From contig OY759746.1 in the NCBI GenBank assembly GCA_963662795.1, forward strand, positions 736,001 to 800,000: 64,000 nt of DNA, read 5' to 3'. The first letter of the stretch is position 1, and every line of letters begins with the position of its first letter. A program made the position numbers and the translations under genes. Origin of the DNA: Spirochaetia bacterium (GTDB taxonomy: Bacteria > Spirochaetota > Spirochaetia > CADAEX01). Shown here piece after piece: positions 10,048-20,774 of this stretch. The notes below the pieces were generated by a model, which worked only from the letters and a program-made list of their open reading frames with translations, made no database searches and was not told the DNA's origin.

Positions 10048-10805
10048 TTAAAATAATCAGCATGAAAGATGTATGCAAAAACTTCGGCCCTGTAAAAGCA
10101 CTTGATAATGTAAATCTTGAAGTTTCAGAAGGAGAGGTTATCTCGATAATCGGCCCTTCAGGAAGCGGAAAAAGCACGCTGCTCAGATCGATAAACCAGC
10201 TTGAAAAGATTGATTCAGGCAGGATTGAAATAGAGGGCGAACCGGTAATAAGCATAACGCCGGCCGGTGTACACGAGCACATACCCAGAAAACAGATAAC
10301 GAGGCTAAACAAAAAACTCGGCATGGTGTTTCAGCATTTCAATCTGTTCCCGCATAAAACTGTAATTGAAAATATTACAGAAGCGCCAATCATTGTAAAC
10401 AAAATGAAGGCATCCGACGCTGAAGGCATCGCCCTTAAGCTGCTTGAGACTGTCGGCCTAACTGACAAAAAAGATGTATACCCGTCCCGGATTTCAGGGG
10501 GACAGAAACAAAGGGTCGCCATAGCGCGCGCCCTTGGAATGCAGCCCGACATACTGCTCTGCGACGAGCCTACCTCCGCCCTTGACCCCGAACTTGTCGG
10601 GGAAGTCCTTGCGACACTGAGAAAGCTTGCCCGCGAAAAAATGACAATGATTGTCGTTACCCACGAAATGGCTTTTGCCCGTGAAATTTCGGACAGGATT
10701 ATCTTTATGGACGAAGGCAGAATCCTTGCTGACGGACTTCCTGATCAGGTACTTGGGACCCCTGAGCATCCCCGCATAAGGGAGTTTGTGAAAAAGTTTA
10801 TTTAG
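10044..10805 (+). CDS. amino-acid ABC transporter ATP-binding protein (GlnQ-like)
   Basis: GPSGSGKS, ISGGQKQR, DEPTSALDPE. Confidence 0.95.
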   Translation: MIKIISMKDVCKNFGPVKALDNVNLEVSEGEVISIIGPSGSGKSTLLRSINQLEKIDSGRIEIEGEPVISITPAGVHEHIPRKQITRLNKKLGMVFQHFNLFPHKTVIENITEAPIIVNKMKASDAEGIALKLLETVGLTDKKDVYPSRISGGQKQRVAIARALGMQPDILLCDEPTSALDPELVGEVLATLRKLAREKMTMIVVTHEMAFAREISDRIIFMDEGRILADGLPDQVLGTPEHPRIREFVKKFI

Positions 10806-11022
10806 TAGTCGTTTTTCCAGAGGTAAACAGGCAGAGGATCAATACTTATGCTCAGGATAGCATTGAATTTAAGCCATCCATAATCATTTTTTAAAAAGCT
10901 TTTTTGCTCAACCGCACTTTTCATCATTCAGACCGCACATTAAATCAACCTCAGGCAGACTGTTCCGTGTAATAATCTGATTATTCCGCGCTGGTTATGG
11001 TGTGCGGATAAAGGAGTTATTA

Positions 11023-11490
11023 ATGGATATAGCGCTTAAAGCAATTGGCACAATCAAGTCAGGAAAATCTTTCTCAGTAGAACTGTATCATGAGTATGCC
11101 GCGGGATTAAAGGGTCTAAGCGGTTTCAGTCATGTGCTGATCATATGGTACGCGGACAAGGCGCCAGTTTGGGAAAACCCACATCTTCTTGTGGATAAAC
11201 CTTACCGTCTGACGCCGGATACATTAGGCATATTTGCTACCCGCTCACCGTACCGGCCTAACAGTATCTGCGTAAGCATAGCAGCCGTATCGTCAGTCAA
11301 TGAAGAAAAAGGAGTTGTAAAACTATGGTGGACCGATGCGGAAGATGGAACGCCGGTGATCGATATAAAGCCGTATCATCCCAGTTCAGATGTTGTCAGA
11401 AACGTAAAATTGCCGGATTGGTGTTCCCATTGGCCACTCTGTTTTGAGGAAAGCGCCAAATTCCAGTGGGATAAAGAATTTTTATTCTGA
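11023..11490 (+). CDS. TrmO/TsaA (YaeB)-family SAM-binding protein
   Basis: GIFATRSPYRPN, DAEDGTPVIDIKPY; RBS AAGGAG before ATG 11023. Confidence 0.88.
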   Translation: MDIALKAIGTIKSGKSFSVELYHEYAAGLKGLSGFSHVLIIWYADKAPVWENPHLLVDKPYRLTPDTLGIFATRSPYRPNSICVSIAAVSSVNEEKGVVKLWWTDAEDGTPVIDIKPYHPSSDVVRNVKLPDWCSHWPLCFEESAKFQWDKEFLF

Positions 11491-11495
11491 AACAG

Positions 11496-12383
11496 TTATG
11501 AGAGATCAACCGGAATATATATTTCAGTTGTATCACCTCTATCTGAATACCTCTGGAATTCCCAGAAATCCAGAGGTTTAATTTCGTGCGAGGCAAACCA
11601 GTCCTGATAAATAAACCGATAGGTTTCATAAAGCGCTGAAACATCTCCCTTGTGCAGGAAACTGATATATGAAGAGGCCGGTACTTCTCTTGTTGTAAAA
11701 AAAGGTATCTGGACTGCGCCGGGAGCTGTTTCCAGGGCACAGAGTATCGACATTCCGCCCGGCGGTTCACAATCACACCAGGCGGAGAACTGACAGAATG
11801 TTTCCGGCAAAACCCTTCCTGAAATCATTTTTTCTGCCCGCATGAAAGCTGCCCAGTGTTTATGAAACGACCTTGTGCCCTCTTCAATATAAAACGGCAG
11901 CCCTGTTATGTAAAATGCATCCAGGCTGATTATTTCCGGCTCACGGGGAACAAGATTAATTGTTCCCTTTTTCATTTCTGGAACAGCCCTGATTACCTTT
12001 TCAAACGGTAAATATCTGAGATCACGCACACGAGCCGGTGAAAATCCGAACCGTTTTCTGAATGCCCTGGAGAAAGTTTCATAATTCATAAATCCTGCAT
12101 TCTGCGCAATAACGGCAAGCGGCAGTCTTGTATCCGCTATCATTTTTGCCGCTTCAGAAAGAATCCTTCCCGAAATATATTCTTTGGGATAAACACCTGT
12201 TACCGCATAAAAAAGACGTGTAAAGTGATATACGGAATATCCGGTCAGTTTCGCAAGTTCAGCGACAGTTTTTATGATATTTCCGCTTTCCGATATAACA
12301 AGTGAATTTTCGAAAAGCTTTATCGCTTCGCAGATATATTCATATCCGGTCATAATTTTCAGTATATAATAATACCGGTTCAT
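11496..12383 (-). CDS. AraC-family regulator with C-terminal GyrI-like effector domain; start may be 12353
   Basis: GYSVYHFTRLF, AGF..YETFSRAFRKRFG HTH; FIYQDWF...EIYIPV GyrI-like end. Confidence 0.9.
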   Translation of the reverse strand: MNRYYYILKIMTGYEYICEAIKLFENSLVISESGNIIKTVAELAKLTGYSVYHFTRLFYAVTGVYPKEYISGRILSEAAKMIADTRLPLAVIAQNAGFMNYETFSRAFRKRFGFSPARVRDLRYLPFEKVIRAVPEMKKGTINLVPREPEIISLDAFYITGLPFYIEEGTRSFHKHWAAFMRAEKMISGRVLPETFCQFSAWCDCEPPGGMSILCALETAPGAVQIPFFTTREVPASSYISFLHKGDVSALYETYRFIYQDWFASHEIKPLDFWEFQRYSDRGDTTEIYIPVDLS

Positions 12384-12404
12384 GAATAAAGAGCCGGCAT
12401 CAAC

Positions 12405-13595
12405 CTATTCCCTTAGTGAAACGATTTTATCCACGATCATTACAATAACAGCTTCCGGGTAATGGGGCGGAATCAGTGTATAGGGCCACCTGTGTTTTGT
12501 GATAATGTCTTTTTCAAGGGAAGAAATCGGTCCGAATAAAAATCCGGAGTCTTTGACTGATTTATCCCTGTTTTCACCTTCCCTCAGGATGTGCTCATCT
12601 GCCTTATCCAGCTTCATCATATGGTATTCAAAATTCCTGAGAAGGGCGCCGCGCACTGTCGCCTTTTCATTCATTTTTAATTTTCCGGCAATCCGGTATG
12701 CGAGGTATGCCGATGCCGTATTGTGGTCAAAGACGCTCCTGCCATTATTACCTATTAACTTCAGCTTTTGATAATCCGGGTGATCAATAATTGCTTTCGC
12801 TATTTTAAGAAAATCCTCATCAGTCTGCCAGCGTTTGTGCAGGTTTTCTTTTTCACCCGGGAGATTGATGAACTCCCCTGCCCATTGCCCTGTTTTTTTC
12901 ATAACAAGGGAAGAGAGCCTGTGCCACCGCCTCTTGACCGGAATGGACAAATCAGGGAACTGTCTCATCGGCCGTATAAGGAGTTTAAGGTCTTTTATGG
13001 AAAGGTTCATTCTGAATATTCCGGAAAGATCCGCATGTTTTTCGCTTGTAAACATCCTCCTGATCCTGCTTGAATATCTCAGGTAAAGGCGGGAAGATAA
13101 CGCAAGATCAGATAAAAAATATAAAAAAAGAACTGCGGAAAAGCTGCTGCGGAATTTACCGGGGAAACCGGTTATGATATTTATCAGGGCCGGCTGAAAC
13201 CAGCGGATTTGAAAAGCTGCAAGAAGAGCCCAAATGATAGACAGCTTAAGGCATATCCTCCCTTTGATATTGAACCGGTATTTTGAGTAATCCCACAGCT
13301 TAATGGAAAAGACATTCTCCATAATTAAAGATGTCAGATATTCAAGGGCAGTAAGAACAATTGAGCAGAAGACAATCACAACCGGGAACGCAAAGCCCTG
13401 AAGATAAAACGAAGAGGCGTAGATCAGCACTCCCCCGAACCCGTATACCGGGACAAAAGGGCCGTAAAGGAAACCCGCATTTTTAAACGGGGCATCCTGG
13501 TAAAGCCTGAATATTATTGATTCAAGTACCCAGCCCATGAAGGAACAGACAGAGAAATAGATAATAAAAGAAGATATATCCTGAAATTCTTCCAT
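12405..13595 (-). CDS. membrane protein (DUF1113 / 'putative ABC permease' type) fused to a degenerate HD domain
   Basis: GFLYGPFVPVYGFG, LWDYS..RFNIKGRICL; C-terminal region SVFDH..RGALLRNF..IITKHRWP..IVDKIVS. Confidence 0.8.
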   Translation of the reverse strand: MEEFQDISSFIIYFSVCSFMGWVLESIIFRLYQDAPFKNAGFLYGPFVPVYGFGGVLIYASSFYLQGFAFPVVIVFCSIVLTALEYLTSLIMENVFSIKLWDYSKYRFNIKGRICLKLSIIWALLAAFQIRWFQPALINIITGFPGKFRSSFSAVLFLYFLSDLALSSRLYLRYSSRIRRMFTSEKHADLSGIFRMNLSIKDLKLLIRPMRQFPDLSIPVKRRWHRLSSLVMKKTGQWAGEFINLPGEKENLHKRWQTDEDFLKIAKAIIDHPDYQKLKLIGNNGRSVFDHNTASAYLAYRIAGKLKMNEKATVRGALLRNFEYHMMKLDKADEHILREGENRDKSVKDSGFLFGPISSLEKDIITKHRWPYTLIPPHYPEAVIVMIVDKIVSLRE

Positions 13596-13751
13596 TCCCG
13601 CCTCCCGGAAGCGGCATACATCTTATTTAAATTTACCGGAAAACATCTGCAGAATCAAATTTATAAAACCATGACTCAGGCTGAGCAGCAAGGGGAAAAA
13701 AACTTGCAGGGGATTGCCCGTTCCTTTAAAAAGGGTTATAACAGTCCTGTC

Positions 13752-14633
13752 ATGCAGAGCCTGTACGGTTTTCTTCTTATATTTTTATCAGCAGTTTCAT
13801 TCGGTGCGATCCCCGTATTTACGGAATTCGTATACAGGGAAGGGGTAAACACTCAAAGCCTTCTCTTCCTCCGTTTTGCAATTGCATCAGTCTTAATATG
13901 GGCAATAGTCCTTTCAGGAGGGAAGAAATTGCCGCGCGGCAAAGATATTCTGATACTGTTCCTGCTCGGATTTCTTGGATACTCAGGCCAGTCTTTCTCA
14001 TATTTCAAGGCTCTTAAATTTATCCCTCCCGCCCTGGTTGCGATACTGCTATATCTCTATCCTGTATTCGTTACGCTTCTTTCAACTTTTATTCTAAAAG
14101 AGAGGATAACGAAGCGGAAAATCACAGCCCTTTTTCTTGCGGTGGCAGGCACTATCCTTGTCATCGGTATTCAGAAAGGGACAGACATACGGGGAATACT
14201 ACTGGGTATCAGCGCCGCAGTCATATATTCAGTTTATATTATAACAAGCTCAAAGGTGTTAAAAAGAAACAATACATTATCTTCAACTGCTGTTATAACA
14301 TCATCTTCAGCCGCTTTCTTTCTGACTTTCTGCATAAAAACAGAACTCATCCTCCCTTCATCCCCATTTGGCTGGATGAATATGATTCTGATAGCAGTCG
14401 TTTCAACTGCCGTCGCGGTTTATGCATTTTTTGCAGGGGTAAAACTTATCGGGGCAGTTAATTCATCCATGATATCGACGTTCGAGCCGGTTGCGACAAT
14501 GTTTCTTGCCTCTCTGGTCTTTAATTATCGGATAACGGCACTTCAGAGTACAGGTACGGCACTTATTGTCGCGGCTGCGATACTGCTTTCATTCAGGGAA
14601 AGAAAACACACTGCCGCAAGGGTTAAATCATGA
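13752..14633 (+). CDS. DMT/EamA family transporter
   Basis: About 10 TM segments, two EamA repeats (LLYLYPVFV..KERIT; STFEPV). Confidence 0.9.
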   Translation: MQSLYGFLLIFLSAVSFGAIPVFTEFVYREGVNTQSLLFLRFAIASVLIWAIVLSGGKKLPRGKDILILFLLGFLGYSGQSFSYFKALKFIPPALVAILLYLYPVFVTLLSTFILKERITKRKITALFLAVAGTILVIGIQKGTDIRGILLGISAAVIYSVYIITSSKVLKRNNTLSSTAVITSSSAAFFLTFCIKTELILPSSPFGWMNMILIAVVSTAVAVYAFFAGVKLIGAVNSSMISTFEPVATMFLASLVFNYRITALQSTGTALIVAAAILLSFRERKHTAARVKS

Positions 14634-14722
14634 AAAATTCCTCAGACGGGGGCCCCACGGAATCAAACCTAAGGCTGTCTCTTGCAGGACAGGTATAAAA
14701 AATTTATTATTTTAAGCAGATT

Positions 14723-16057
14723 ATGATAATAAAAACTGAACAGAATATAATATTGCTTTATTTCTTATCTCTTATAGCCACCGGGACTTTACTACTGAAA
14801 CTCCCGGGAAGCTGGAGCGGTCAAAATAATTTAGAGCTTGTTGACGCCTTTTTCACTTCAGCATCCGCGGTATGTGTGACCGGACTAATAACAGTAGACA
14901 CAGCCCGGTTTTCAGGGTTCGGGCAGCTTGTAATTGCCGCATTAATTCAGCTCGGCGGGCTGGGACTTATAAGCTTCAGCTCCTTTTATCTTGTATTGCG
15001 GTCAAAAGGGCCGAGCATAAAAGGCGGGAAAATAATACAGGAATATTTTCTTGATTCAATAGAGTATGAACCGCTTGATATCGTAAAACAGATTATCATG
15101 ATGACAGTAACGGTTGAACTGATTGGCGCAGTGTTTCTATACCAGGTATTCAAATATGAGAATATTGACAATCCGGTTTTTACTTCAGTATTTCACTCAA
15201 TTTCAGCTTTCTGCAATGCCGGCTTTTCAACATTTCCCAATAGTCTGGAAAATTACAGCGGTAATTTCATAATTAATATTACGGTAATGATATTGATAAT
15301 TTCAGGGGGCATAGGTTTTGTTGTATTCCGGGATATACTGAAAACACTTTTAAGGGTAAACAGAAAAAAGCACTTAACCGTGCATTCAAAAATAGTTCTT
15401 CTAACTTCCCTGCTTCTTATCCTGACTGGCGCATTTTTATTATTTTTCATTGAAAACGCCAATTATTTCGCCGAACGTAATTTAAGGGAAAAAATTTTAA
15501 TATCTTTTTTCCATTCTGTAACATCAAGAACCGCAGGCTTTAACACAGTCCCGGTGAATGATCTTAATATCGCATCCCAGCTGACAATTATCCCTTTAAT
15601 GTTCATAGGCGGATCTCCGGGTTCCATCGCCGGGGGAATAAAGGTAACAACTTTTTTTATAATTATACTTATATTAGTCAGGGACATGGATGACAGGAAA
15701 AACATAACAATTTTCAAAAGGAATATCCCGGCGGGAACAATTTTCAAGGCTTTGATATTCACACTGAAGGCTTTTTCGCTGCTTGTTTTGGGCATATTCC
15801 TCCTGACAATATCCGAACATTTTTTCAATCCCCGTCATCTGACTCTTATTGAGATTATTTTCGAATGTTTTTCAGCTTTCGGGACAGTCGGTCTTTCTCT
15901 CGGAATTACACAGTATTTATCTGTTAACGGCAAGCTTATAATTATTTTCATTATGTTATGCGGCCGTTTCGGTCTGCTGATTATCGCGATGAATATTTTT
16001 CAGAAAAACAGGAAATTAAAAATTGATTATCCTGAAGAGGAGGTTTTAATAGGCTGA
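14723..16057 (+). CDS. Trk/Ktr K+ uptake membrane subunit (TrkH/KtrB)
   Basis: Pore motifs SAVCVTGL, SAFCNAGF, RTAGF, SAFGTVGLS. Confidence 0.95.
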   Translation: MIIKTEQNIILLYFLSLIATGTLLLKLPGSWSGQNNLELVDAFFTSASAVCVTGLITVDTARFSGFGQLVIAALIQLGGLGLISFSSFYLVLRSKGPSIKGGKIIQEYFLDSIEYEPLDIVKQIIMMTVTVELIGAVFLYQVFKYENIDNPVFTSVFHSISAFCNAGFSTFPNSLENYSGNFIINITVMILIISGGIGFVVFRDILKTLLRVNRKKHLTVHSKIVLLTSLLLILTGAFLLFFIENANYFAERNLREKILISFFHSVTSRTAGFNTVPVNDLNIASQLTIIPLMFIGGSPGSIAGGIKVTTFFIIILILVRDMDDRKNITIFKRNIPAGTIFKALIFTLKAFSLLVLGIFLLTISEHFFNPRHLTLIEIIFECFSAFGTVGLSLGITQYLSVNGKLIIIFIMLCGRFGLLIIAMNIFQKNRKLKIDYPEEEVLIG

Positions 16058-16788
16058 TGAAAAAAATATGCATTATTGGAATTGATACTTTCGGCAAACA
16101 CATTCTTGAAATACTTATAAAAATGGATACTGATCTTATCATCATTGACCGCAACAAAAACATAATACAGGACTATAAGGACCGCGTATCGGCATCCTAC
16201 ATAATTGATGTCACTAACTTTGAATCGGTAAAAAAAGTCATTCCGAAAGGTCTTGATATTGCAATTGTTGATCTTGGTAAAAATATAGAATCCTCGATTC
16301 TTGTCACCAGTCATCTCAAAAAATTAGGCATTCCCCAGATAGTGGTAAGAGCGGAATCAGATCAGCACGGAAGTATCCTTGACATGATCGGAGCCACAAA
16401 GGTGATTTATCCCAACAGGGAAGCAGCAAAAAGATCAGTTCCTCTTCTTTTATCAGAGCTGATTTTAAATTATATTGAGATTAATAATGAGATAATAATA
16501 ACTGAAATCATTTTACCTGGCTCCTATGACGGAAAAAACGCGCTGGAACTGGATTTAAGAAATAAATACGGCATTAATATCATAGCGGTAAAAAATAAAA
16601 ACGAAGAGGAATACAGGTTCTATAACGCAAAGGACAGGTTTAAAAACGGGGATACAGCCATTATTGCCGGCAGTGAATCGAATATAATGAAGATATTGAA
16701 TATTTCAGAAAGAAAACTTAAAAAAGAAATTTTCTTTAGCATAAAAAGTTTTTTTTCTTTTTTCAGGAGTAAAAATAAGAATATCTGA
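16057..16788 (+). CDS. Trk/Ktr K+ uptake RCK subunit (TrkA/KtrA)
   Basis: IIGIDTFG Rossmann motif, IGATKVIYP, RCK_C LDLRNKYGINIIAV. Confidence 0.92.
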   Translation: MKKICIIGIDTFGKHILEILIKMDTDLIIIDRNKNIIQDYKDRVSASYIIDVTNFESVKKVIPKGLDIAIVDLGKNIESSILVTSHLKKLGIPQIVVRAESDQHGSILDMIGATKVIYPNREAAKRSVPLLLSELILNYIEINNEIIITEIILPGSYDGKNALELDLRNKYGINIIAVKNKNEEEYRFYNAKDRFKNGDTAIIAGSESNIMKILNISERKLKKEIFFSIKSFFSFFRSKNKNI

Positions 16789-16794
16789 AGCCTC

Positions 16795-17907
16795 TCAGCT
16801 CTTTTTGCTGTAGCTTAAAACAGCCCATACATTAAATATTGCCGCAAAAACGCAAAGGGCGAAAAACTCTCTGTACAAATCTGAAAATCCGCTTCCCATC
16901 AGATAGACAGACCTCATCACTTCAATAAAATATTTAAGCGGATTTAAAACTGTAATAATTTTTGCCCATTGGGGCATGCTGTTTATCGGGGTAAACATCC
17001 CGCTGATCAGAATAAGTATTAAAATAAAAAAATACATTACAAACATTCCCTGCTGCATTGTTCTTGAATAATTTGAGATAACAAGACCGAAACCTGATAC
17101 GATAAGAACATATATGGCTGAAAAAACATATATTGTCATGAAACTTCCGACAGGTATCAGGTTGTAGACAAAAAACGCAATTCCGAATCCCAGTGTAAGA
17201 ACAAAAAACCCGATAACCCAGTAGGGTATGAGCTTTGCAAGTATGAAAATATGCTTTTTAACCGGAGTCACATTTATCTGTTCCATTGTTCCTGCTTCTT
17301 TTTCTCCAACAATATTGAGCGCCGGGAGAAATCCGCAGAGCATTGTCAGCAGCATAACCATAAAGGCAGGTACCATGAAAATCTTATAATCAAGATTCCG
17401 GTTGAATCTGTACTGGGGAATGATATTGATAACCGGCATAAAGGCTGATTGGGGGGAAGGATTCTCCCTCCTCAGTTCTGCGGAAAAATCCCTGATAATT
17501 CCTGCAAGATATGAAGCTGAAAGAACACCCTTTGTACCGTTAACCGCATTTGAAGATATCATGAGAGCTGCTCCCTCATCAGTCATTGTCAGGCCGCTTT
17601 CAAAATTATCCGGTATCTCAAGTATCACATCAGAGATGTCAAGCTCAATACTCTCCAAAGCTGCCGCATAACTTTTGGGAATACCGGTCAGTTTAAAATA
17701 ACCTGAGGAGACAATTTTATCTGCGAGTCTGCGGGAGTAAGAACTGTGATCATTGTCGACTATGCTGATATTGATATTTTTCACTTCGAAATTGGCAGCC
17801 CACGGCATAAGAAGCAGTGTAATACACGGAAAACCGAGGATCAGCCTCGGCAGGAACCTGTTGCGGAAAATCTGCTTGAATTCTTTTTCAATCAGGTATT
17901 TAATCAT
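16795..17907 (-). CDS. ABC-2 type efflux permease (YbhR-like)
   Basis: KEFKQIFR, EKEAGTMEQINVTP, TPINSMP. Confidence 0.92.
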   Translation of the reverse strand: MIKYLIEKEFKQIFRNRFLPRLILGFPCITLLLMPWAANFEVKNINISIVDNDHSSYSRRLADKIVSSGYFKLTGIPKSYAAALESIELDISDVILEIPDNFESGLTMTDEGAALMISSNAVNGTKGVLSASYLAGIIRDFSAELRRENPSPQSAFMPVINIIPQYRFNRNLDYKIFMVPAFMVMLLTMLCGFLPALNIVGEKEAGTMEQINVTPVKKHIFILAKLIPYWVIGFFVLTLGFGIAFFVYNLIPVGSFMTIYVFSAIYVLIVSGFGLVISNYSRTMQQGMFVMYFFILILILISGMFTPINSMPQWAKIITVLNPLKYFIEVMRSVYLMGSGFSDLYREFFALCVFAAIFNVWAVLSYSKKS

Positions 17908-17911
17908 GCTT

Positions 17912-19048
17912 TTATTCCAGCCTCTTTTTGAATTTTTTAAGGCTGATTATTATTAAGAGAACAGCCATACCGCCGAGTATTGCTAATTCCTTTAACACCG
18001 ATGTTACCCCGAGCCCTTTAATCATCAGTTTCCTGACTGCGGCAATATACCATCTGGCAGGAATAATATGCGAAAGCCACTGTAAAAACCGGGGCATATT
18101 TTCAATCGGAAACATCATCCCGGAAAGCATCAGCACAGGCATCATCAATGTCATGCCTGAAATAAGCATGGCTGCAACCTGTGTTTCTGTGATTGTTGAG
18201 ACAAGAAGTCCGAGTGAAAGTGAGACAAAAATAAAAACAACAGAGAGGAGAACCAGCCAGATGAGGCTTCCGGCAACAGGGACACCAAGAACAAAAACTG
18301 ACAACAGGAGCGTTGTTGTCAGGTTTACGCAGGAGAGAATAAAGTAAGGAACAGCTTTGGAGATAATTATCAGGATCGGCCTCATAGGGGAGACAAGCAG
18401 GACTTCCATTGTTCCGGTCTCTTTTTCCCTTACGATAGCAATTGAAGTCATCAGTGCGCAGATCAGTATCAGTATCATTCCCATAACGCCGGGAACAAAA
18501 TTATAGGCCCCTTTCATTCCCGGATTGTAAAGAAGCTTTATTCCGCTTGTTATCTGATACGGTACATTATTTTCATTCATCAGCTCCTGCTGATAATAAG
18601 TGATAACGCCTGACGCGTAATTAAAAAGAGAGACCGCTGTATTGGGATCTGATGCATCAGCAATAATCTGGATACCTGCTTTTCCTGTATGCATAAGATT
18701 TTCATTAAACTTCTCTTCAAAAACAATTACAAGCTCTGCTTCATGATCTGTAAATACTTTTTCAATATCCTTATCACTATTAAGATAGCCGGCAAGCTCA
18801 AAATATTCACTTTCCACAAGCTGCCTGACAATACGGTTAGTCGCCATATCCCTTGACGGGTCAAGGATGACTATTTTGTTGTTTTTAATTTCTGTTGTAA
18901 TTGCAAAACCGAAAAGGATGATCTGAATGACCGGCATTACAAGAAGGATGAGGATCGTCCTTTTATCCCTTAAAATATGATAGAATTCCTTTTTTATAAA
19001 AGAACGGAACTGTATCATTTCAGAGGGCTTTTGGATATCATGCTTCAT
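17912..19048 (-). CDS. ABC-2 type efflux permease (YbhS-like); start uncertain
   Basis: KEFYHILRDKRT, REKETGTMEVLLVSP, FPIENMP. Confidence 0.9.
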   Translation of the reverse strand: MKHDIQKPSEMIQFRSFIKKEFYHILRDKRTILILLVMPVIQIILFGFAITTEIKNNKIVILDPSRDMATNRIVRQLVESEYFELAGYLNSDKDIEKVFTDHEAELVIVFEEKFNENLMHTGKAGIQIIADASDPNTAVSLFNYASGVITYYQQELMNENNVPYQITSGIKLLYNPGMKGAYNFVPGVMGMILILICALMTSIAIVREKETGTMEVLLVSPMRPILIIISKAVPYFILSCVNLTTTLLLSVFVLGVPVAGSLIWLVLLSVVFIFVSLSLGLLVSTITETQVAAMLISGMTLMMPVLMLSGMMFPIENMPRFLQWLSHIIPARWYIAAVRKLMIKGLGVTSVLKELAILGGMAVLLIIISLKKFKKRLE

Positions 19049-19775
19049 TACGGACCGCCTTTCTTGCCATCCTGTGAAAAACCTCATCCATGCTTGCAGC
19101 GCTGTATATTTTCCTGAGATTTGCCGGTGAATCAAGAACTTCAATTTTGCCGTCTACCATAATTGACACCCTGTGGCAGTATTCAGCCTCATCCATATAA
19201 TGGGTGGTTACAAAAACAGTTATCCCGCGGCTTGAAGCTTCGTAAATCATTTCCCAGAACTGCCGCCTTGCCGAAGGGTCGACACCCCCGGTAGGCTCAT
19301 CAAGGAAAACAATCTGAGGATCGTGAAAGACAGCGACTGAAAAGGACAGTTTCTGTTTCCAGCCCAGCGGCAGGGATTTGACAAGTGTATTGCGCTCCTT
19401 TTGAAATCCGAGCTTTGCAAGTAGTTCATCAGTTCTCTCTTTTATTTTCTTTTCAGTCATCCCGTATATTCCGCCAAAAAGGCGGATGTTTTCATAAACT
19501 TTAAGGTCTCCGTAAAGCGAGAATTTCTGACTCATATAGCCGATGCTTGACTTGATTTTTTCCGACTGTTTTTCTATATCAAAACCAGCGACCTCTCCCC
19601 TTCCTGAAGTCGGAGAGCTTAATCCGCAGAGCATCCGCATCGCGGTTGTCTTTCCCGCTCCGTTGGCGCCCAGGAAACCGAATATCTCCCCTTTTTTGAC
19701 TTCAAAACTGATGCTGTCGACCGCTGTAAAATTCCCGAAACTCTTTGTAAGGTTTTCTGCTTCTATTACATTCAT
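19038..19775 (-). CDS. ABC transporter ATP-binding protein
   Basis: GANGAGKT, LPLGWKQK, LDEPTGGVDP. Confidence 0.94.
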   Translation of the reverse strand: MNVIEAENLTKSFGNFTAVDSISFEVKKGEIFGFLGANGAGKTTAMRMLCGLSSPTSGRGEVAGFDIEKQSEKIKSSIGYMSQKFSLYGDLKVYENIRLFGGIYGMTEKKIKERTDELLAKLGFQKERNTLVKSLPLGWKQKLSFSVAVFHDPQIVFLDEPTGGVDPSARRQFWEMIYEASSRGITVFVTTHYMDEAEYCHRVSIMVDGKIEVLDSPANLRKIYSAASMDEVFHRMARKAVRNEA

Positions 19776-19778
19776 GCT

Positions 19779-20768
19779 TTATTCCAGGTCCGGCCGTCCG
19801 GATTTCATTTCCCTGTCCGCTGTACCGGCGTTTGCCGTACCACCGTCATCAGTACCGGGGCCTGTCAATGCCATAAAACAATCCTCGATTCCGGCCCTTA
19901 CAGGGGTTATCGAAATATCAGAGTGCCCTTGAGCGCGCAGATATTTCTCAAGTGTTTCAACAGAAAGTGTACCGTTAAGTACTGTTATATGATGTGTATC
20001 TCCAAAAGCAAAACAGCTTAAAACTTCTTTCTGATGTCTTATATCATTCAGAAGGGCATACATATTGCTGCTGCTGGCAGCCCAAAGAGTGTATTCGAAC
20101 TGGTCTATAATATTATCCGGCGTGTCAATCCGGAGAAATTTACCATCCTTCATAAGGGCGATACGGTCGCAGAGTCCTGCTTCATCCATATAGGGAGTTG
20201 AAACAAGAATAGAAATCCCCTGCTCCTTTAACCGCCTGAGCATTTCCCAGAATTCCTTTCTAGAAACCGGATCCACCCCTGTCGTCGGCTCATCAAGGAA
20301 GAGAGCAACAGGCTTGTGAATCAGGGCGCAGCTTAACGCTAGCTTCTGTTTCATACCGCCTGAGAGAGCCCCTGCCCTCCTCTTTTTAAACGGTTCGAGT
20401 TGTGAATAAATATCCTTAATCAGATAATAGTTTTCTTTTATGGTTGTATTGAAAACCGTAGCAAAAAATTCCAGATTCTCCTCAACAGAGAGGTCCTGAT
20501 AAAGAGAAAATCTTCCAGGCATGTATCCGATCCGGCTGCGTATTTTTTTATAATCCGGGACAACATCCAGATTATCGACTGATGCACTTCCGCTGTCTGC
20601 CAGCAGCAGTGTCGCAAGGATTCTGATAAGTGTTGTTTTACCGGAACCGTCAGGCCCGATAATGCCGAAGATTTCACCTTTCTGCACTTCAAAGCTGACA
20701 TCACATAACGCTTTTACCATACCGTAATTTTTTACAATATTTTTTGCGGAAATCATTGCACTGCGCAT
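19779..20768 (-). CDS. ABC transporter ATP-binding protein
   Basis: GPDGSGKT, LSGGMKQK, LDEPTTGVDP. Confidence 0.94.
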   Translation of the reverse strand: MRSAMISAKNIVKNYGMVKALCDVSFEVQKGEIFGIIGPDGSGKTTLIRILATLLLADSGSASVDNLDVVPDYKKIRSRIGYMPGRFSLYQDLSVEENLEFFATVFNTTIKENYYLIKDIYSQLEPFKKRRAGALSGGMKQKLALSCALIHKPVALFLDEPTTGVDPVSRKEFWEMLRRLKEQGISILVSTPYMDEAGLCDRIALMKDGKFLRIDTPDNIIDQFEYTLWAASSSNMYALLNDIRHQKEVLSCFAFGDTHHITVLNGTLSVETLEKYLRAQGHSDISITPVRAGIEDCFMALTGPGTDDGGTANAGTADREMKSGRPDLE

Positions 20769-20774
20769 TTTGAA

